Part shown: piece by piece, positions 36,144 to 45,225 of the stretch | Position numbering within the stretch: the stretch's first letter is position 1 | Layout: each line of letters starts with the position of its first letter | The notes under the pieces: model-generated | The model's input: only the letters and a program-made list of their open reading frames with translations | Database searches by the model: none | Told to the model about the DNA's origin: nothing | Made by a program: the position numbers and the translations under genes | NCBI GenBank assembly: GCA_036840065.1 | Contig: DAITZZ010000003.1 | Span: 28,378-92,377, forward strand | Direction: 5' to 3' | DNA from: a bacterium | Lineage (GTDB): Bacteria > Bacteroidota > Ignavibacteria > Kapaibacteriales > Kapaibacteriaceae | Length of the DNA: 64,000 nucleotides

Positions 36144-36611
36144 ATGCCTGTTTCCGCCGACAATGAATCCCTGAAAAAGCAGTTCGCAGAGTTCCTCAAG
36201 CGCAAGAAGTATCGCGGGACTCAGGAACGGTTCAATGTGATTGACCGCATCAGCGAGCTCGACCGGCATTTTAATGCCGACGAGCTCTACCTTTACATGA
36301 ATGGAAGGGGCGATCGGATCTCCCGCGCGACCATTTATTCGACGCTGGACCTACTGACCACCTGCGGTATCCTCATGAAGCATCGCTTTCAGGGGGGTAG
36401 CGCCCATTTCGAACTCGCCAGCCGCATGCCCGATCATGATCATCTGATCTGCGTCGAATGCGGCAGGATCGAGGAGTTTCGCGATGAACGGATCGACGAG
36501 ATCCGAGACACGGTATCGGGGAAACTCGGGTTTCGCCCCATGGCTCATTCTCTACAAATCTTCGCCACATGTCACGATCCACTGGCCTGTCCGCACAATA
36601 CGCAGGAATAA
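36144..36611 (+). CDS. fur: Fur family transcriptional regulator
   Basis: MPVSADNESLKKQFAEFLKRKKYRGTQERFNVIDRISELDRHFNADELYLYM…HDHLICVECGRIEEF…C-terminal His/Cys metal sites. The start is Met36 of the 36039..36611 ORF. Confidence 0.8.
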   Translation: MPVSADNESLKKQFAEFLKRKKYRGTQERFNVIDRISELDRHFNADELYLYMNGRGDRISRATIYSTLDLLTTCGILMKHRFQGGSAHFELASRMPDHDHLICVECGRIEEFRDERIDEIRDTVSGKLGFRPMAHSLQIFATCHDPLACPHNTQE

Positions 36612-36623
36612 GGGCATAAACCC

Positions 36624-39062
36624 ATGAAAAACCTCGTAATCGTCGAATCTCCCTCAAAGGCCAAGACCATCCAGAAGTACCTTGGATCGGACTTCGAGGT
36701 CACCTCCTGCATGGGACACATTCGTGACCTGCCGGGCAACGACAAAGCCATTGACATCGCCAATGACTTTCGGCCCGTGTATGAAGTCAACGAAGACAAG
36801 AAGAAACTTGTGCAGGAGCTCAAACGCCGCGCACGCCAGGCCGAGTATGTCTGGCTGGCGTCTGACGAAGACCGCGAAGGTGAGGCCATTGCATGGCACC
36901 TTTTCGAGGCGCTTGAACTTGATGCCGAGCACACGCGTCGGATCGTCTTTCACGAGATCACGAAACCGGCAATCCTGAAAGCGGTTGCCAACCCTCGCGG
37001 TATCGACGTCAACCTCGTCGATGCTCAGCAGGCGCGGCGCGTGCTCGACCGGCTGGTGGGCTATGGCCTGTCTCCCATCCTGTGGCGGAAGGTGCAGAAG
37101 AACCTATCGGCAGGACGCGTGCAGTCCGTCTCAGTGCGGCTGGTGGTAGAGCGCGAGCGCGAGATCCAGGCCTTTACGGCCAAAAGTCAGTTTCGGATCA
37201 TCGCGGAGTTTGTCGAAAGTGGTCGCGGCTTCAAGGCCGAACTCCAGAAGCGATTTGACACCGAGGAGCAGGCTCGTGAGTTCCTCGAGTCGTGCATCGG
37301 CGCAGACTTCACCGTCAGCAATCTCGAGGTCAAGCCCGCGAAACGGTCACCCTCAGCCCCTTTCACAACGTCTACTCTGCAGCAGGAAGCCAGTCGCAAG
37401 CTCGGCTACTCCCTGGTGCGCACGATGCGCCTTGCGCAGGACCTCTACGAGGCCGGACAGATCACCTACATGCGTACCGACTCGGTGAATCTCTCGGAGC
37501 TTGCCATTGAGGGGGCTCGGCAGGAAATCCTGTCGACATTCGGTGAGGCATACAGCCGACCGCACAATTACGTGACAAAGGTCGCTTCGGCACAGGAGGC
37601 CCACGAGGCGATCCGTCCGACGGACTTTTCGCGTCGCACGGCCGGTGCCACCGACGCTCACGAGCGTCTGTATGATCTGATCTACAAGCGCACGCTGGCA
37701 TCTCAGATGGCCGAAGCGCAGCTCGAGAGAACCGTGGTCACCATCTCGATCTCGACGCGTCCTGACGAGCTGATCGCTACCGGAGAGGTCATCCGCTTTG
37801 ATGGTTTCCTTCGCCTGTACCTTGAATCGACCGACGAGGAAGCCACCGACGAAGAATCATCGAAGATGCTTCCGCCTCTGAGTATTGGCGCGCGGCCATC
37901 GCTTACCCGCATGCTGGCGCGTGAACGGTTCGACCGGCCGCCGTCGCGATATACAGAAGCGTCATTGGTGAAGAAGCTTGAGGAACTCGGCATCGGGCGA
38001 CCATCGACGTATGCCCCGACGATCGCCAACGTTCAGGCGCGCAACTACGTGGTCAAGGAAGATCGCGACGGACGTCAGCGCGAGATCCGAGAGCTGCGCC
38101 TTGAACGCCAGATCGTCTCTCGCACGGTTGAGGTCGAGAACACCGGTGCAGAGCGCTCGAAGCTCTTCCCAACCGACATCGGCATGATTGTGACGGATTT
38201 TCTGGTAAAGCACTTTCAGGAGATCATGGACTACAACTTCACGGCCACCGTGGAGAAGCAGTTCGACGAGATCGCGCAGGGGAACGTGCGATGGACCGAG
38301 ATGATCCGCTCGTTCTATGAGCCTTTTGAGAAGGACCTTGTAAGAACCAGCGAGACAGCCGAGCGGCAGAGTGGAGAGCGGCTTCTCGGGGTCGACCCGG
38401 CCTCGGGTCGCAACGTCTATGTTCGCCTTGCGCGCTATGGCCCCATTGCGCAGATCGGTGATGCTGACGATGAGAACAAGCGTCAGAAGGGGCTGCCGGG
38501 CAACGCCAGCATGGAGAGCATTACCCTCGAGCAGGCACTGGAGCTCTTTAAGTTTCCTCGCGTGATCGGTGCATACGAGGACTTCCCGATGGAGGTCAAA
38601 CTTGGTCGGTTCGGTCCGTACATCGAGCACAACAAGGCCTTCTACAGTCTGTCCAAAGAGGACGATCCCTACACGATCGCCGGACCGCGTGGCATTGAGA
38701 TCATTCTGGCACGACGTCAGAAGATCGCCGAGAACACCATCAAGGTCTTCGAAGAGGACGCGTCGGTGAAGATTCTCAAGGGGCGATGGGGTCCGTACAT
38801 CGTTGTCGGACGGCAGAACGTGCGCATTCCCAAGGGAACAGAAGCATCGACACTGACGCTGGAAGACTGCCTGCAGCTTGCTCAGCAGCAGGAGCCCCCT
38901 GCAAAGACCAAGAAAGGCGCCAAGGCCAAGGCCGACGCAGCCGATACCGCCGCGGCGAAGAAACCGGCCGCGCGAAAGACGCCTGCCAAAAAGACGGCTG
39001 CCAAGACGGCTACAAAAAAGGCCGCGGCCAAGAAGACCGCGGCCAAATCGCCGAAGAAGTGA
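36624..39062 (+). CDS. topA: DNA topoisomerase I with a C-terminal lysine/alanine-rich histone H1-like tail
   Basis: Toprim N-terminus MKNLVIVESPSKAKTIQKYLG…, the active-site region …GQITYMRTDS…, zinc-ribbon/Topo-C repeats, and the terminal ~60 aa PAKTKKGAKAKADAADTAAAKKPAARKTPAKKTAAKTATKKAAAKKTAAKSPKK. Confidence 0.95.
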   Translation: MKNLVIVESPSKAKTIQKYLGSDFEVTSCMGHIRDLPGNDKAIDIANDFRPVYEVNEDKKKLVQELKRRARQAEYVWLASDEDREGEAIAWHLFEALELDAEHTRRIVFHEITKPAILKAVANPRGIDVNLVDAQQARRVLDRLVGYGLSPILWRKVQKNLSAGRVQSVSVRLVVEREREIQAFTAKSQFRIIAEFVESGRGFKAELQKRFDTEEQAREFLESCIGADFTVSNLEVKPAKRSPSAPFTTSTLQQEASRKLGYSLVRTMRLAQDLYEAGQITYMRTDSVNLSELAIEGARQEILSTFGEAYSRPHNYVTKVASAQEAHEAIRPTDFSRRTAGATDAHERLYDLIYKRTLASQMAEAQLERTVVTISISTRPDELIATGEVIRFDGFLRLYLESTDEEATDEESSKMLPPLSIGARPSLTRMLARERFDRPPSRYTEASLVKKLEELGIGRPSTYAPTIANVQARNYVVKEDRDGRQREIRELRLERQIVSRTVEVENTGAERSKLFPTDIGMIVTDFLVKHFQEIMDYNFTATVEKQFDEIAQGNVRWTEMIRSFYEPFEKDLVRTSETAERQSGERLLGVDPASGRNVYVRLARYGPIAQIGDADDENKRQKGLPGNASMESITLEQALELFKFPRVIGAYEDFPMEVKLGRFGPYIEHNKAFYSLSKEDDPYTIAGPRGIEIILARRQKIAENTIKVFEEDASVKILKGRWGPYIVVGRQNVRIPKGTEASTLTLEDCLQLAQQQEPPAKTKKGAKAKADAADTAAAKKPAARKTPAKKTAAKTATKKAAAKKTAAKSPKK

Positions 39063-39069
39063 GTGTTGT

Positions 39070-39100
39070 TCCTGTGGTGCCCGACCTTGGGGTCGGGCAC
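39070..39100. terminator. Perfect 11-bp stem hairpin (GGTGCCCGACC-ttgg-GGTCGGGCACC) between convergent topA and glnA-III; a likely bidirectional terminator
   Basis: The inverted repeat is seen directly in the 46-bp convergent intergenic region. The coordinates are approximate. Confidence 0.45.
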
Positions 39101-39108
39101 CATGGAGA

Positions 39109-41265
39109 TCACTTCACAAAGAGCATTTCCCGATACGACGGCAGTGGCCAGTGATCGTAGGCCGCAAGGCGCTCGAGGGCATCCGCCGCTTGACGCACAC
39201 GCCGCATGGCAGGAAGAACACTGTTCAGCATATGGTGTGCCTTGGAGTGCACGGTGTCTCCGCCTAGTTCGTTGTTCTGCGTGCGCAGCGCGGCAATGGC
39301 CAGCGCCAGTTCATTGGTCACTTCTGCCAGTTCCGCGGTGGCGCGGTCAATGGCAGGCAGCGAAACACCGGTAGAGGTCATCTCCCGCAGAGAGCGCATG
39401 GCACTTGGAAGGATCTGCGTCTGCGCGATCCATTCGGTTGTTTCTCCCTCGATGTTCACCGTCTTGAAGTACTGCTCGAACATCACTTCCTGGCGGGCCT
39501 CAAGTTCGCGGCTTGAAAGGACATTGTTGCTCGCAAAGAGCCCGGTGTTCTTCGGACTGACCAGCGTCTCGATGGCATCGATAGCGGTCTTGAGAGCCAG
39601 AAGCCCCCTACCGGCCGCTTCCTCGTGCCACTCGGACGAGTACCCGTCACCGTTGAAGAGGATCCGCTTGTGGGCGCTGTAGACTTCCTTGACCACATCG
39701 CTGAGTGCTGATTCGATGGCCTGACCTTTTTTCAGGCGCTTTTCGACGCGTGAGGAAAGGTCGTTGATCGCATCGGTGGCGATGACGTTGAGCACCGTGA
39801 TCGGAAACGACACGGACTGCGATGAGCCGACGGCACGGAACTCAAACTTGTTGCCCGTGAAAGCAAACGGCGAGGTCCTGTTACGGTCACCCGTATGCTG
39901 TGGCAGTGCCGGCAGCACCTGCGTTCCTAGACCCAGAAAACCGGCCTTTTTCGACGCTCCGCCCTTGCCAGAAACAATGCGGTCGAAGATGTCGGTGAGC
40001 TGCTCTCCGAGGAACATCGACATGATGGCAGGGGGCGCTTCATTGGCCCCAAGACGATGGTCGTTCGAGGCAGATGCCACACAGGTACGAAGCAGATCCT
40101 GATGGTCATCGACGGCCTTGATCATGGCCGCACAGAAGAAGAGAAACTGCATGTTGTCCTGCGGCGTGTCACCGGGCTCAAGCAGGTTATGCCCCGTATC
40201 GGTGGACATGCTCCAGTTGACGTGCTTACCGGAGCCGTTCACGCCGGCAAAGGGCTTTTCATGAAGCAGGCAGACCATGCCGTACTTGCGGGCGGTGTTC
40301 TTGAACACCTGCATAAGAAGCTGTTGATGGTCCGCGGCGATATTGGCATGCTCGAAGATCGGTGCGATCTCAAACTGTCCCGGAGCAACCTCGTTGTGAC
40401 GCGTCTTGACGGGAATTCCCAGCGCATAGAGCTGATGTTCTGCGTCGGTCATAAACGTCAGCACGCGGTCGGGAATGGAGCCGAAGTAATGATCCTCCAG
40501 CTCCTGGCCCTTGGGCGGCTGGGCTCCGAAGAGCGTTCTACCCGACATCACCAGGTCAGGACGACGGAAGTAGAACTCCTCGTCGATCAGGAAGTACTCC
40601 TGCTCGGCACCCACCGTTGCCACCACGCGTTGTGACTCGTCGTCGCCAAACAGCCGAAGAGCTCGTAGCGCCGCCGTATTGACGCACTCCATGGAGCGCA
40701 GAAGAGGCGTCTTGTTATCAAGAGCTTCGCCGGTCCACGAGGCAAAAGCCGTCGGGATGCATAGCGTGGCGCCGTTGGAATGTCGCATGATGAACGCCGG
40801 CGAGGTCGGATCCCAGGCCGTATATCCGCGCGCTTCGAAGGTTGCGCGCAGACCACCACTCGGCAACGATGACGCGTCAGGCTCACCCTGGATGAGCTCC
40901 TTGCCGGAGAACTGCGAAATAGCAGAACCGTCCGACGTAGGCGTTACGAATGAATCATGTTTTTCGGCCGTCAAACCCGTCAGCGGCTGAAACCAGTGCG
41001 TATAGTGTGTGGCCCCCTTTTCCATCGCCCATGTCTTCATGGCCAGTGCTACCGTGTCCGCGATCGCCGGATCGAGCGTTGCTCCGCGCTCCGATGTAGC
41101 CAGCAGCGATTTCCAGACCGGCTTGCTCAGGCGCTGCCGCAACTCCTCCATCGTCAGCACATCGCTGGCAAAGACTTCGTTAACAACGTCGGACGGTGAC
41201 GGAACATCAACGCCGTCCAAGCGCCAGTTACGCGCTACCGTTGAGACATCCACATTGTTTGCCAT
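39109..41265 (-). CDS. Glutamine synthetase type III (GSIII, ~720 aa)
   Basis: The length and the N-terminal GSIII-specific domain ([24 protein letters not shown]…[26 protein letters not shown]…). The catalytic core …[13 protein letters not shown]… and …[27 protein letters not shown]… typical of Bacteroides-type GlnN. Confidence 0.9.
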   Translation of the reverse strand: MANNVDVSTVARNWRLDGVDVPSPSDVVNEVFASDVLTMEELRQRLSKPVWKSLLATSERGATLDPAIADTVALAMKTWAMEKGATHYTHWFQPLTGLTAEKHDSFVTPTSDGSAISQFSGKELIQGEPDASSLPSGGLRATFEARGYTAWDPTSPAFIMRHSNGATLCIPTAFASWTGEALDNKTPLLRSMECVNTAALRALRLFGDDESQRVVATVGAEQEYFLIDEEFYFRRPDLVMSGRTLFGAQPPKGQELEDHYFGSIPDRVLTFMTDAEHQLYALGIPVKTRHNEVAPGQFEIAPIFEHANIAADHQQLLMQVFKNTARKYGMVCLLHEKPFAGVNGSGKHVNWSMSTDTGHNLLEPGDTPQDNMQFLFFCAAMIKAVDDHQDLLRTCVASASNDHRLGANEAPPAIMSMFLGEQLTDIFDRIVSGKGGASKKAGFLGLGTQVLPALPQHTGDRNRTSPFAFTGNKFEFRAVGSSQSVSFPITVLNVIATDAINDLSSRVEKRLKKGQAIESALSDVVKEVYSAHKRILFNGDGYSSEWHEEAAGRGLLALKTAIDAIETLVSPKNTGLFASNNVLSSRELEARQEVMFEQYFKTVNIEGETTEWIAQTQILPSAMRSLREMTSTGVSLPAIDRATAELAEVTNELALAIAALRTQNNELGGDTVHSKAHHMLNSVLPAMRRVRQAADALERLAAYDHWPLPSYREMLFVK

Positions 41266-41292
41266 GCTGGCTCTCCCCCAAGTGTAAAGAGT

Positions 41293-41739
41293 TTAGATGA
41301 TTGTAATTGCCGGTGATTCCTTGTGCGTGCTGAGCACGACATTTGTCTGCGTACGCGAGACGCCCTTCCACTGCTGAATGGCCGAGAGCAGTTGTTCGAG
41401 TTCGCCCGTTGTCCTGACGCGGATCTTCAGAAGATGTGACGCCGTGCCGGTAACGGCATGACACTCCTGGATCTCCCTGCGCGCGCGGCATTGACGCCGA
41501 AATCCATCGTAGTTCGTGCTTGAGTCCATGTCGACAAAAATGAACGCCGTCACGTCGTACCCGAAGTCGACCGCTCGGAACAAGGTCGTATACTCGCGGA
41601 TGGTCCCGTCGGCCTCCAGTCTGCGAACGCGATCGCTGACCGTCGGTACCGATGAACCGACCTGTTCGGCGATCTCACTGAGGCTCAGGCGCGCGTTCTC
41701 CTGCAGCAGAGAACAGATCTGTCGATCGAGTTCTTTCAC
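41293..41739 (-). CDS. Lrp/AsnC family transcriptional regulator
   Basis: HTH MKELDRQICSLLQENARLSLSEIAEQVGSSVPTVSDRVRRLEADGTI plus the RAM domain. It lies 27 bp upstream of glnA-III and is co-directional with it. Confidence 0.85.
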   Translation of the reverse strand: MKELDRQICSLLQENARLSLSEIAEQVGSSVPTVSDRVRRLEADGTIREYTTLFRAVDFGYDVTAFIFVDMDSSTNYDGFRRQCRARREIQECHAVTGTASHLLKIRVRTTGELEQLLSAIQQWKGVSRTQTNVVLSTHKESPAITII

Positions 41740-41813
41740 GATAATGCCGTACGTTCGTTAAGATTGACGCCTGCAAAACTAACGTTCGTAAAGCTCCACC
41801 CACCTTTGTAGCA

Positions 41814-42503
41814 GTGATGTTGAAAACTATTTTCCTCTGGACGTTCCGCACGATCCTGGCGTTTCTTGTCGGGACGGTCTTGGTCGTTGGCCTCCTGCGC
41901 GTGATACCGCCGGCCATTACACCGCTGATGGTGTGGCGTCTGGTGCAAGCCCCGTTCAGCGGACGGTCCATGCTTATTCGACATCACTGGGTTGGCTACG
42001 ACGAGATCTCTCCATGGGTCGGGCGCGGTGTTGTTGGCGGCGAGGACGCAGGATTCATGCGGCACAATGGCATCGACTGGAACGCGGTCGATCGCGCGCA
42101 GCGTGTGAACGCCTCAAGAGCCAAGCGCGGACGTCCGCCGCTTGGTGCCAGCACCATTACCATGCAGACCTGCAAGAATGTCTTTCTCGTGCCATGGCGG
42201 TCGATGATCAGAAAGGCCTTTGAGGTGTACTTCGTGTACCTCACCGAAGCGCTGTGGGGCAAGAAGCGCATTCTTGAAGTCTACCTGAACATGATCGAAT
42301 GGGGCGACGGAGTCTACGGCATCGATCAGGGCGCGAAGAGCGCTTTCGGTGTCGGGGCAAAAGATCTCACCCGCGACCAGGCGGCTCGTTTGGCTGCGAT
42401 CGTTCCCAACCCCCGGCGTTTCAGCGCGTCGACGCCGAGTGCCTATACTCTACGCCGTGCGGCCTGGATCCGTGGCCGCATGAGCGTGGCCGTGCCGAAG
42501 TAG
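41814..42503 (+). CDS. mtgA: Monofunctional biosynthetic peptidoglycan transglycosylase (GT51)
   Basis: Single TM anchor, then GT51 motifs …EDAGFMRHNGIDW…GASTITMQTCKNVFL…RKAFEVYFVYLTEALWGKKRILEVYLNMIEWGDGVYG…. Confidence 0.85.
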   Translation: MMLKTIFLWTFRTILAFLVGTVLVVGLLRVIPPAITPLMVWRLVQAPFSGRSMLIRHHWVGYDEISPWVGRGVVGGEDAGFMRHNGIDWNAVDRAQRVNASRAKRGRPPLGASTITMQTCKNVFLVPWRSMIRKAFEVYFVYLTEALWGKKRILEVYLNMIEWGDGVYGIDQGAKSAFGVGAKDLTRDQAARLAAIVPNPRRFSASTPSAYTLRRAAWIRGRMSVAVPK

Positions 42504-43637
42504 ATCAAGACACGCCTGCATGTCTGCTGGAAGGGGGCTTTCAAAGGTCATCCGCTGACCCGTGACCGGATGCGTGAACGCAAGCATGCGTGCATGCAGA
42601 GCCTGCCTGTTGATACGTCCGAGCAAGGAAGATGCCAGAGGTCTGTAGGCCGTGTGCAGGCCCCCTACGGCAGTCTCCCGACCTCCATAGTCTGCATCGC
42701 CGATGAGTGGATGTTTACCAGAGCTCAGGTGTACGCGGATCTGATGCGTACGTCCGGTGCGAAGCCTGCAGGCGATCAGTGTGGCACAGTCGAACCGCTC
42801 CAGAACGCTGACCTCGGTTGCAGCATACTTCCCCCCCGTGCGAAGCACGGCTCGCAGGGTTCGATCCTTGGGAGAGCGACCGATCTGACCCTCGATAAGC
42901 CGGTGATCATCGGCGATCACTCCCCAGGCAAGCGCTACGTACTGACGTGAGACCGTGCGGTTTGCAAACTGCGTAGCAAGGTGCATGGTCGGACCATATG
43001 TCTTGCCAATGACCATCACGCCGGTGGTATCCCGATCGAGACGATGCACGATACCGGGTCGAACACCGGGAACCTCTTCTGCACCAAGCTCATCGCTTCC
43101 CCACTGTGCCTGGTCATCCTCATCTGCTTGATCATCACGAGGCGCAGAAGCTGCATCCTCATCGTCTTCTTCGCCCCATGACTCGCGGGCTTTGAGAACG
43201 CGCATCGGCTCACGCTGTCCGAGGTGCCATAGCACGGCATTGACGAGTGTTCCATCGCGGTTGCCAAGTCCGGGATGGACAAGAATTCCGGCAGCCTTGT
43301 CGATCACCATCAGGTGCTCGTCCTCATAGAGGACCGACAGTGGAATATCCTGCGGGATGAGCTGCAAAGGGGGCGGCCGCATAACCGTAACGCGGATCAC
43401 ATCGCCGGGACGGATCTTGTAGTTTGCCTTTGTTGGACGGTCATTGACCGTTACCGCATCAGCGTCGATGGCCTTCTGCACGCGCGTGCGCGTGGCGTGC
43501 ACAATGCTGTGCGTCAGAAACGCATCCACGCGCTCGGGCCTCTGTCCGGACGGAATGGCAAACTCGTACACATGCTCACTCCACTCCAGCGGCGATCGCG
43601 TTGCCGGCGCCTCCGCCTCAGCCTTCTTTTTCATCAC
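42450..43637 (-). CDS. rluD: RluA-family 23S rRNA pseudouridine synthase (RluD-like) with an internal acidic insertion
   Basis: S4 domain (…VDAFLTHSIVHATRTRVQKAIDADAVTVNDRPTKANYKIRPGDVI…), the catalytic motif HRLDRDTTGVMVIGKT, and an inserted acidic stretch EEDDEDAASAPRDDQADEDDQAQ. The 3' end overlaps the convergent mtgA by ~54 nt. Confidence 0.85.
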   Translation of the reverse strand: MMKKKAEAEAPATRSPLEWSEHVYEFAIPSGQRPERVDAFLTHSIVHATRTRVQKAIDADAVTVNDRPTKANYKIRPGDVIRVTVMRPPPLQLIPQDIPLSVLYEDEHLMVIDKAAGILVHPGLGNRDGTLVNAVLWHLGQREPMRVLKARESWGEEDDEDAASAPRDDQADEDDQAQWGSDELGAEEVPGVRPGIVHRLDRDTTGVMVIGKTYGPTMHLATQFANRTVSRQYVALAWGVIADDHRLIEGQIGRSPKDRTLRAVLRTGGKYAATEVSVLERFDCATLIACRLRTGRTHQIRVHLSSGKHPLIGDADYGGRETAVGGLHTAYRPLASSLLGRINRQALHARMLAFTHPVTGQRMTFESPLPADMQACLDLLRHGHAHAATDPGRTA

Positions 43638-44214
43638 GGACGCTGAACAGGGGCAGGTTCTGGTCGCTGATCATCGAGGCGATGAGTAGCGTGACCACGC
43701 CGACAGATACGCAGGAGTCAGCAATGTTAAAGACAGGCCAGTGCGTGTACAGCTCTCCAAAGAGCGAAACGTCGGGAATGTCCACCTGCAAAAAGTCAAC
43801 GACCTTCCCATAAAACAGTGGACCCTCTCCGTAGATGACGCCGTAGAACATCCGATCAATGAGATTACCGACGGCACCGCCCAACAGCAGAGTGAGGGAA
43901 AATCTCACGAGGCGGGCAGTCGCCGGCGTCTGCATGATCATCCTGACTATCAGCATCACAATCCCGATCGTCAGCAGCGTCAGGATGATCTTCGCATCCC
44001 CCCATCCAATGCCAAAGGCCATACCGGGATTCTCAACAAAGGTCAGTCGGAGCGTTTCTCCCAACAGGGGGCGACTCTCACCGAGGAACATCCCGTGGTG
44101 GACCACACCGAAGAGGTCGAAGCCCTTGACGAGGACCTTCGTGACCTGGTCGAGTACCACAAGCATCGCAGCGATGATCAGTGGCCAGCGTACAGAGCGA
44201 AATGCCTCAGACAC
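43618..44214 (-). CDS. lspA: Lipoprotein signal peptidase (signal peptidase II)
   Basis: Four TM helices with conserved LspA motifs (…LIIAAMLVVLDQVTK…, …FNIADSCVSVGV…). Confidence 0.85.
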   Translation of the reverse strand: MSEAFRSVRWPLIIAAMLVVLDQVTKVLVKGFDLFGVVHHGMFLGESRPLLGETLRLTFVENPGMAFGIGWGDAKIILTLLTIGIVMLIVRMIMQTPATARLVRFSLTLLLGGAVGNLIDRMFYGVIYGEGPLFYGKVVDFLQVDIPDVSLFGELYTHWPVFNIADSCVSVGVVTLLIASMISDQNLPLFSVRDEKEG

Positions 44215-44219
44215 GTTGA

Positions 44220-44783
44220 TCAGTTCGAACCTTTAGCCTGGATGCGATCAATTCCGTCATCTGGACAGCGCTTGCGGATCTTGTACGATGCGGACTGCGT
44301 GGTGATCGGTACGGCGAGCAGTCGCTCACGCGCAATGAGAATTCCGCACATATGACAGATTCCGTACGTCTTGTCGTCGATCCGCACGATAGCCTCATCC
44401 AGCTTACGGATGTAATCCTGCACGCGCTGAATCTGAGCGTACGTCTTCTCCTTCTCGGCTGCCTCGGAGCCCTGTTCGGCCATGTGCATGGAGTAGATCG
44501 ACGAATCTTCGTTGGCCTCACTGTTGGTGAGGTCCTCGAGACGCTCCCGTAGCATACGGAGCTCCTCAAGGGCATCAGCTTTTGCGCGTTCGATGTTTTC
44601 GCGGAAAGACTTCAGATCCGCATCAGAATAGCGCGGGGTCTTCTTGACAGGTTGCTTTTTTGCTGGCACTGGTATCGGTGAAACGGATGATAAAGAAGAA
44701 CCCGCACCGGTGGTCGTACTGACCGCCGATGCGGGCTTCATATTCGCAGTCACTGTCTTGGGTTGCGGCTTCGGACTCGTCAT
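44220..44783 (-). CDS. DksA/TraR-family C4-type zinc-finger protein with an unusually long K/S/A/P-rich N-terminal region
   Basis: A coiled-coil region (…DLKSFRENIERAKADALEELRMLRERLEDLTNSEANEDSS…EKEKTYAQIQRVQDYIRKLDEAIVRIDDKTYG) and a C-terminal finger ICHMCGILIARERLLAVPITTQSASYKIRKRC. The frame stays open (no stop, no ATG/GTG/TTG) for ~190 nt upstream of the annotated ATG. Confidence 0.7.
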   Translation of the reverse strand: MTSPKPQPKTVTANMKPASAVSTTTGAGSSLSSVSPIPVPAKKQPVKKTPRYSDADLKSFRENIERAKADALEELRMLRERLEDLTNSEANEDSSIYSMHMAEQGSEAAEKEKTYAQIQRVQDYIRKLDEAIVRIDDKTYGICHMCGILIARERLLAVPITTQSASYKIRKRCPDDGIDRIQAKGSN

Positions 44784-44935
44784 CTTCCTACTTGCTGCTG
44801 CTGAAACCGTACCCGTCTTGGCTGTTGCCGAACTTTTCTTCGACGCGGATGCAGACGTCTTTACAGACGCAGATCCTTTGGAAGCCGATTTACCCTTCGA
44901 CGTTGCTGACTGCTTGGCCGAGTTAGGAGTTACCC

Positions 44936-45166
44936 TTACTTGGCTTTTTTTTTTGCCGCAGGCTTTGCAGCCTTCTTAGCTGGCTTTGCCGCTGGCTTCG
45001 CAGCCTTCTTGGCTGGCTTAGCTGCTGGCTTTGCAGCCTTCTTGGCTGGCTTTGCCGCTGGCTTCGCAGCCTTCTTGGCTGGCTTTGCAGCCTTCTTGGC
45101 TGGCTTTGCAGCCTTCTTAGCTGGCTTGGCCGCTGGTTTCTTGGCGGCTTTCTTTGCTGCTGCCAT
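44936..45166 (-). CDS. Histone H1-like lysine/alanine/proline-repeat protein (76 aa)
   Basis: MAAAKKAAKKPAAKPAKKAAKPAKKAAKPAKKAAKPAAKPAKKAAKPAAKPAKKAAKPAAKPAKKAAKPAAKKKAK. The other two frames on this strand encode low-complexity R/L/Q or G/F/A strings. This frame gives a typical bacterial H1/Hc1-like basic tail. Confidence 0.6.
   Translation of the reverse strand: MAAAKKAAKKPAAKPAKKAAKPAKKAAKPAKKAAKPAAKPAKKAAKPAAKPAKKAAKPAAKPAKKAAKPAAKKKAK
44955..45150. repeat. Tandem DNA repeats (~21-nt units, e.g. ggctttgcagccttcttggct) encoding the AKKAAKP repeats
   Basis: Directly visible periodicity in the nucleotide sequence of the H1-like gene. A T10 homopolymer (~44945-44954, A10 on the coding strand) lies immediately 3' of the repeats. 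Confidence 0.7.
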
Positions 45167-45225
45167 GAGAGTACCTCAAAAAAAGTGAAACATGAAAACG
45201 CGTGCGCCACCTTGACGCACCATCA

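Noticed and set aside
44923-45210. 95-aa ORF (…QRPSQLRRLQSQPRRLQ…) in another frame of the H1-like repeat DNA
   Set aside because: It is a frame-shadow of the tandem repeat. The K/A/P frame gives a typical H1-like protein with a proper ATG start, whereas this one yields an R/L/Q repeat with no precedent. The third frame (MAFFFAAGFAAFLAG…) was rejected the same way.
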